Origin: an uncultured Methylomirabilota bacterium
Lineage (GTDB): Bacteria; Methylomirabilota; Methylomirabilia; Methylomirabilales; 2-02-FULL-66-22
DNA length: 64,000 bases
Assembly: GCA_963845565.1 (NCBI GenBank)
Contig: CAWJSJ010000001.1
Coordinates: 864,001-928,000 of the forward strand
Reading direction: 5' to 3'
In this document: in pieces, positions 61,173 to 64,000 of the stretch
Numbering within the stretch: the first letter of the stretch is position 1
Layout of the letters: every line of letters begins with the position of its first letter
The notes under the pieces: model-generated
Told to the model about the DNA's origin: nothing
The model's input: only the letters and a program-made list of their open reading frames with translations
The model's database searches: none
Position numbers and translations under genes: made by a program

Positions 61173-62573
61173 TCACGGCAGCGTGCCGGGGGGATGCCGG
61201 AGGTGCCAATCCGTCAGCGTCTGGTAGGTGCTCGCCGCAGCGATGATGCCGTTCTCGTCGTACGGTCGCCCCATGAACTGGATCCCCGTGGGCACCCCGG
61301 TCTCGGTGAAACCGTCGGGCACGGAGATGGCGGGAAGTCCGGCGACATTGCCAATCGCGCCCATGAGGTCTTTGCCGACGCCCCGGATGGCGCTGGGAAA
61401 CTCCTCACCCAGTTTCGTGGAGGGAAAGGGCCGCGATGGCCCCAGCAGCGCATCAAATCCCCGCATCACGCGGTCCATCTCCGTGGCGATCACGCCGCGC
61501 AGCCGGAGCGCTCGGATATAATCCTTGGCCAGAACGGCGACGCGCGAATAGGGCGTGTAGCGATCCTCGGGCGCCGTGAGGCCGGCGATCTGGCCGGTCT
61601 CGATGAGATCCTCGAAGGCGCTCCCCATTTCCCCGAAGAGGATCGTCCGGGTGATCTCCTCGTAGGGCAGTGCGGGGATCGTGACCTCCTCGATGGTGGC
61701 CACGTCGGCCAACGTCTGCAGTGCTGCCTCGAAATTCGTGCGGGTGGCCGCTTCGGTCCCGTCCATGACGCCGGCGATCACGCCCAGCCGCAATCGTCTC
61801 GGCGGCGGCCCGGGCGCGTACCGGAAGGGTTGGTCGGTCGTCGAGGGATCTGCCGCGTCGGGGCCGGCGATGGCTTCCAGGACCAGGCCGCAGTCGTCGG
61901 GCGTCAGGCAGAGGGGACCGAGCTTATCCAACGACCACGACAAGACCATCGCCCCGTGTCGGCTGACGCGGCCGAACGTCGGCCGCAGCCCGGTCACGCC
62001 GCAGTGATTCGCGGGCCCCAGGATCGAGCCCCAGGTTTCTGACCCGATGGCGAAGGGCACCAAACCCGCACCCACGGCGGCCGCGGATCCGCTCGAGGAG
62101 CCTCCGCTCCACCGCGTCGTATCCCAGGGGTTGACGCCCGGACCGGTGAACGACGCGTCCGGCTGCCGATAGCCCATCCCGCCGGCCAATTCGACCATGG
62201 CGAGCTTGGCGGCGAGGACCGCCCCCGCCTCGCGCAGCCTGCGAATGACCGCCGCATCCTCGTCGAACTGCCGTCCCCGAAAGGGCGCGGCCCCCCAGGT
62301 GGTGGGGATGCCGCCGCCGGTGGCCAGCAGGTCCTTGGCGCCGTAGGGGATGCCGTGCAGCGGGCCCCGATATCGGCCCGCGCGGATCTCTGTTTCCGCC
62401 TGCCTGGCCTGCCTGAGCGCCAGATCGCGCGTCAGGGTGACCACGGCGTTGTAGGTCGGCCCCAAGGCGTCGAGCCGGTCGAGAAACGTCGTCGCCAGCT
62501 CGACGGGCGACACCTGACGGCTGCGGAGCAATTCGCCCAATGTGCGAACGGACAGGAAGACGGGATGGGCCAT
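61173..62573 (-). CDS. Amidase-signature family amidase (GatA/AtzE-like)
   Basis: GPLHGIPYGAKD, GGSSSGSAAAV, GSETWGSI, GLRPTFGRVS. Confidence 0.93.
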   Translation of the reverse strand: MAHPVFLSVRTLGELLRSRQVSPVELATTFLDRLDALGPTYNAVVTLTRDLALRQARQAETEIRAGRYRGPLHGIPYGAKDLLATGGGIPTTWGAAPFRGRQFDEDAAVIRRLREAGAVLAAKLAMVELAGGMGYRQPDASFTGPGVNPWDTTRWSGGSSSGSAAAVGAGLVPFAIGSETWGSILGPANHCGVTGLRPTFGRVSRHGAMVLSWSLDKLGPLCLTPDDCGLVLEAIAGPDAADPSTTDQPFRYAPGPPPRRLRLGVIAGVMDGTEAATRTNFEAALQTLADVATIEEVTIPALPYEEITRTILFGEMGSAFEDLIETGQIAGLTAPEDRYTPYSRVAVLAKDYIRALRLRGVIATEMDRVMRGFDALLGPSRPFPSTKLGEEFPSAIRGVGKDLMGAIGNVAGLPAISVPDGFTETGVPTGIQFMGRPYDENGIIAAASTYQTLTDWHLRHPPGTLP

Positions 62574-62577
62574 CGGG

Positions 62578-62790
62578 TTACCCGTCCTTCCGGACTGGCG
62601 CGAAGCCGAAGAGGGGGGCGTCGCCGTTTGCGAGCGTCACCGACCTCACCGCGGCGACCGTCTTCACCACCGCCTCCACCGAGCCCCGCAGGCCGTCCAC
62701 CATGTCGGGGGTGACTCGATCGCCATAGCGGCGCATCAGCAGATTGAAGGCTGCCTCGCATTCCAACTGAAACTCTTGCTCTTGGCTCAC
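62578..62790 (-). CDS. Small GatC/AtzG-like amidase partner
   Basis: 70 aa, GTG after AAGGA, ends VTLANGDAPLFGFAP, 4 bp upstream of the amidase. Confidence 0.6.
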   Translation of the reverse strand: MSQEQEFQLECEAAFNLLMRRYGDRVTPDMVDGLRGSVEAVVKTVAAVRSVTLANGDAPLFGFAPVRKDG

Positions 62791-62930
62791 GATGCACGTC
62801 CTTTCAGAAGACGGTGCCCGGTGCCTTCCGGCAGCTCCCAACGGGTGTCCGGTAACCGCTTTTTCGACGAGATGCGCATGGTGTCCACGGAATTCGGGAC
62901 ACCGGATCAGGCGGGGTTCTATCCATGACG

Positions 62931-62959
62931 AACGTACGCCGAACCCGTATCACTGTCAA
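62931..62959 (-). promoter_or_regulatory. sigma70 promoter for small partner-amidase
   Basis: TTGACA-N17-TACGTT. Confidence 0.5.
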
Positions 62960-63069
62960 GATTGATGGCGACCGACGGATGCATCCCAACACCCGAGGTC
63001 CCTTGTTCCTCTGTGCGGGTGCGGCACCCCGCGCCACCTCCTGTCAACACGTCCTCGTAGACCTCCAGC

Positions 63070-63099
63070 TTGACCCAGAGGGTTCCCCGGTGGTAGCGT
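63070..63099 (+). promoter_or_regulatory. sigma70 promoter for the patatin gene
   Basis: TTGACC-N18-TAGCGT with TGG extended -10. Confidence 0.5.
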
Positions 63100-63241
63100 C
63101 CCGTCGGAGGGCAAACGGGCCACGGCTGGCTGCGTCTGCCCGTTTCCGCGACCCCCACTCCGACGAGCTTGCACGCCCCGAAACACTCTGAGGCCACTCC
63201 GATGCCCCTGGTCGGGGTGGAGGATGGGGAGGAGGAGGGCG

Positions 63242-64000
63242 ATGCCATTTACCAGCGAGGGGGTGGAACCTGGAATCGGTCTCGCACTCTCCGGCGGCGG
63301 ATTCCGGGCCACGCTCTTCCACCTGGGGAGCATCTGGCGGCTCAACGAACTCGGTCTCTTGGCGAAGCTGGATCGCGTGTCAAGCGTCTCCGGCGGATCC
63401 ATCACAGCCGGATGCCTGGTCGCCAACTGGCGTCGCCTCCAATGGGCCGACGGGGTTGTCCGGAATTTCGAAAGTGCAGTGGTCGCGCCCCTTCGGAAAT
63501 TCTGTTCGCTGAATCTCGACGGGCCGGCGATCCGGGGGGGAGCCTTTCGACCCTGGAAGAGGGTGAGCGACGTCTTGGAGCCTGTCTACCGGGACCATCT
63601 GGTGGGTGGGGCGACCCTGCAATCGCTTCCCGATCGGCCTCGGTTTGTGTTCAACGCGACGAATTTCGCCACCGGGATGTCCTTTCGGTTCTCCAAACCC
63701 TACGCCGGCGATCCCCGCATTGGCCTCATTCCACATCCGGATTTCCCGCTCTCCCTGGTGCTGACGGCCTCGGCGGCCTTTCCCCCCTTCCTGTCGCCCG
63801 TGATCCTCCACCTTGATCCGGCGCAGTTCCTACCCTGGGACGGCGCCGATCTCTATGGCGTCGAAGCCTACCGGAGACGCGTGGTGCTCACGGATGGAGG
63901 GGTGTACGACAACCTCGGCCTCCAGACGGTCTGGAACCGCTACGACACGATCCTGGTGAGCGATGCCGGCGCGCAGCTTCAGGCCGACCCCCGGCCGGGG
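63242..64000 (+). CDS. Patatin-like phospholipase, truncated at window edge
   Basis: Missing from ORF track; manual translation LALSGGGFRA, SSVSGGS, ASAAFPP, DGGVYDNLG; strong GGAGG RBS. Confidence 0.9.
   Translation, partial: MPFTSEGVEPGIGLALSGGGFRATLFHLGSIWRLNELGLLAKLDRVSSVSGGSITAGCLVANWRRLQWADGVVRNFESAVVAPLRKFCSLNLDGPAIRGGAFRPWKRVSDVLEPVYRDHLVGGATLQSLPDRPRFVFNATNFATGMSFRFSKPYAGDPRIGLIPHPDFPLSLVLTASAAFPPFLSPVILHLDPAQFLPWDGADLYGVEAYRRRVVLTDGGVYDNLGLQTVWNRYDTILVSDAGAQLQADPRPG

Noticed and set aside
62880..62903. GGTGTCC...GGACACC short palindrome, REP-like
   Set aside because: Single clear copy in the window; cannot be told from a chance hairpin
63100..63170. GGGCAAAC-containing hairpin in the patatin leader resembling a c-di-GMP-I riboswitch
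   Set aside because: No GNRA tetraloop, GACGCAAA junction or second stem pattern
63242..64000. Patatin as a CBASS CapV effector
   Set aside because: SSVSGGS-type family rather than CapV-like; no cyclase in the window (right flank not visible)

Overview
High-GC bacterial chromosomal window; nearly all genes are on the minus strand. (1) 1-11.9 kb: late flagellar operon flgF-flgG-flgA-flgH-flgI-flgJ-flgM-flgN-flgK-flgL-fliW-csrA, then a multi-domain glycosyltransferase running off the left edge. Two consensus sigma54 promoters share an upstream palindrome, and flgM has an internal sigma28 promoter. (2) 11.9-24.1 kb: a sigma28-led signalling run: small protein, HDOD, GAF-GAF kinase, an unusual REC-pseudoREC-Cys4-STAS protein, motA, motB, HAMP-cheZ, REC-HisKA, and a 1421-aa c-heme/triple-GAF hybrid kinase. 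(3) 24.2-35.1 kb: chemotaxis operon (HTH, cheY, cheA with tandem MshEN-like motifs, two-CW protein, cheW relic, mcp, cheW, stand-alone Cache protein, frameshifted mcp, cheR, cheD, cheB). (4) 35-45 kb: more signalling genes, mtgA, epimerase, htpG, Tat transglutaminase-like protein and TlpA. (5) 45-64 kb: catabolic-looking genes (2 HpcH aldolases, 2 paralogous AKRs, FGGY kinase, TctABC, 2 TIM-barrel isomerases, carbamoylase, VOC, amidase with small partner, msrB, patatin). A ~106-bp two-hairpin dispersed repeat occurs three times and shows covariation. I saw no rRNA, tRNA, CRISPR array or transposase. All calls come from reading motifs by eye; no database searches were run.
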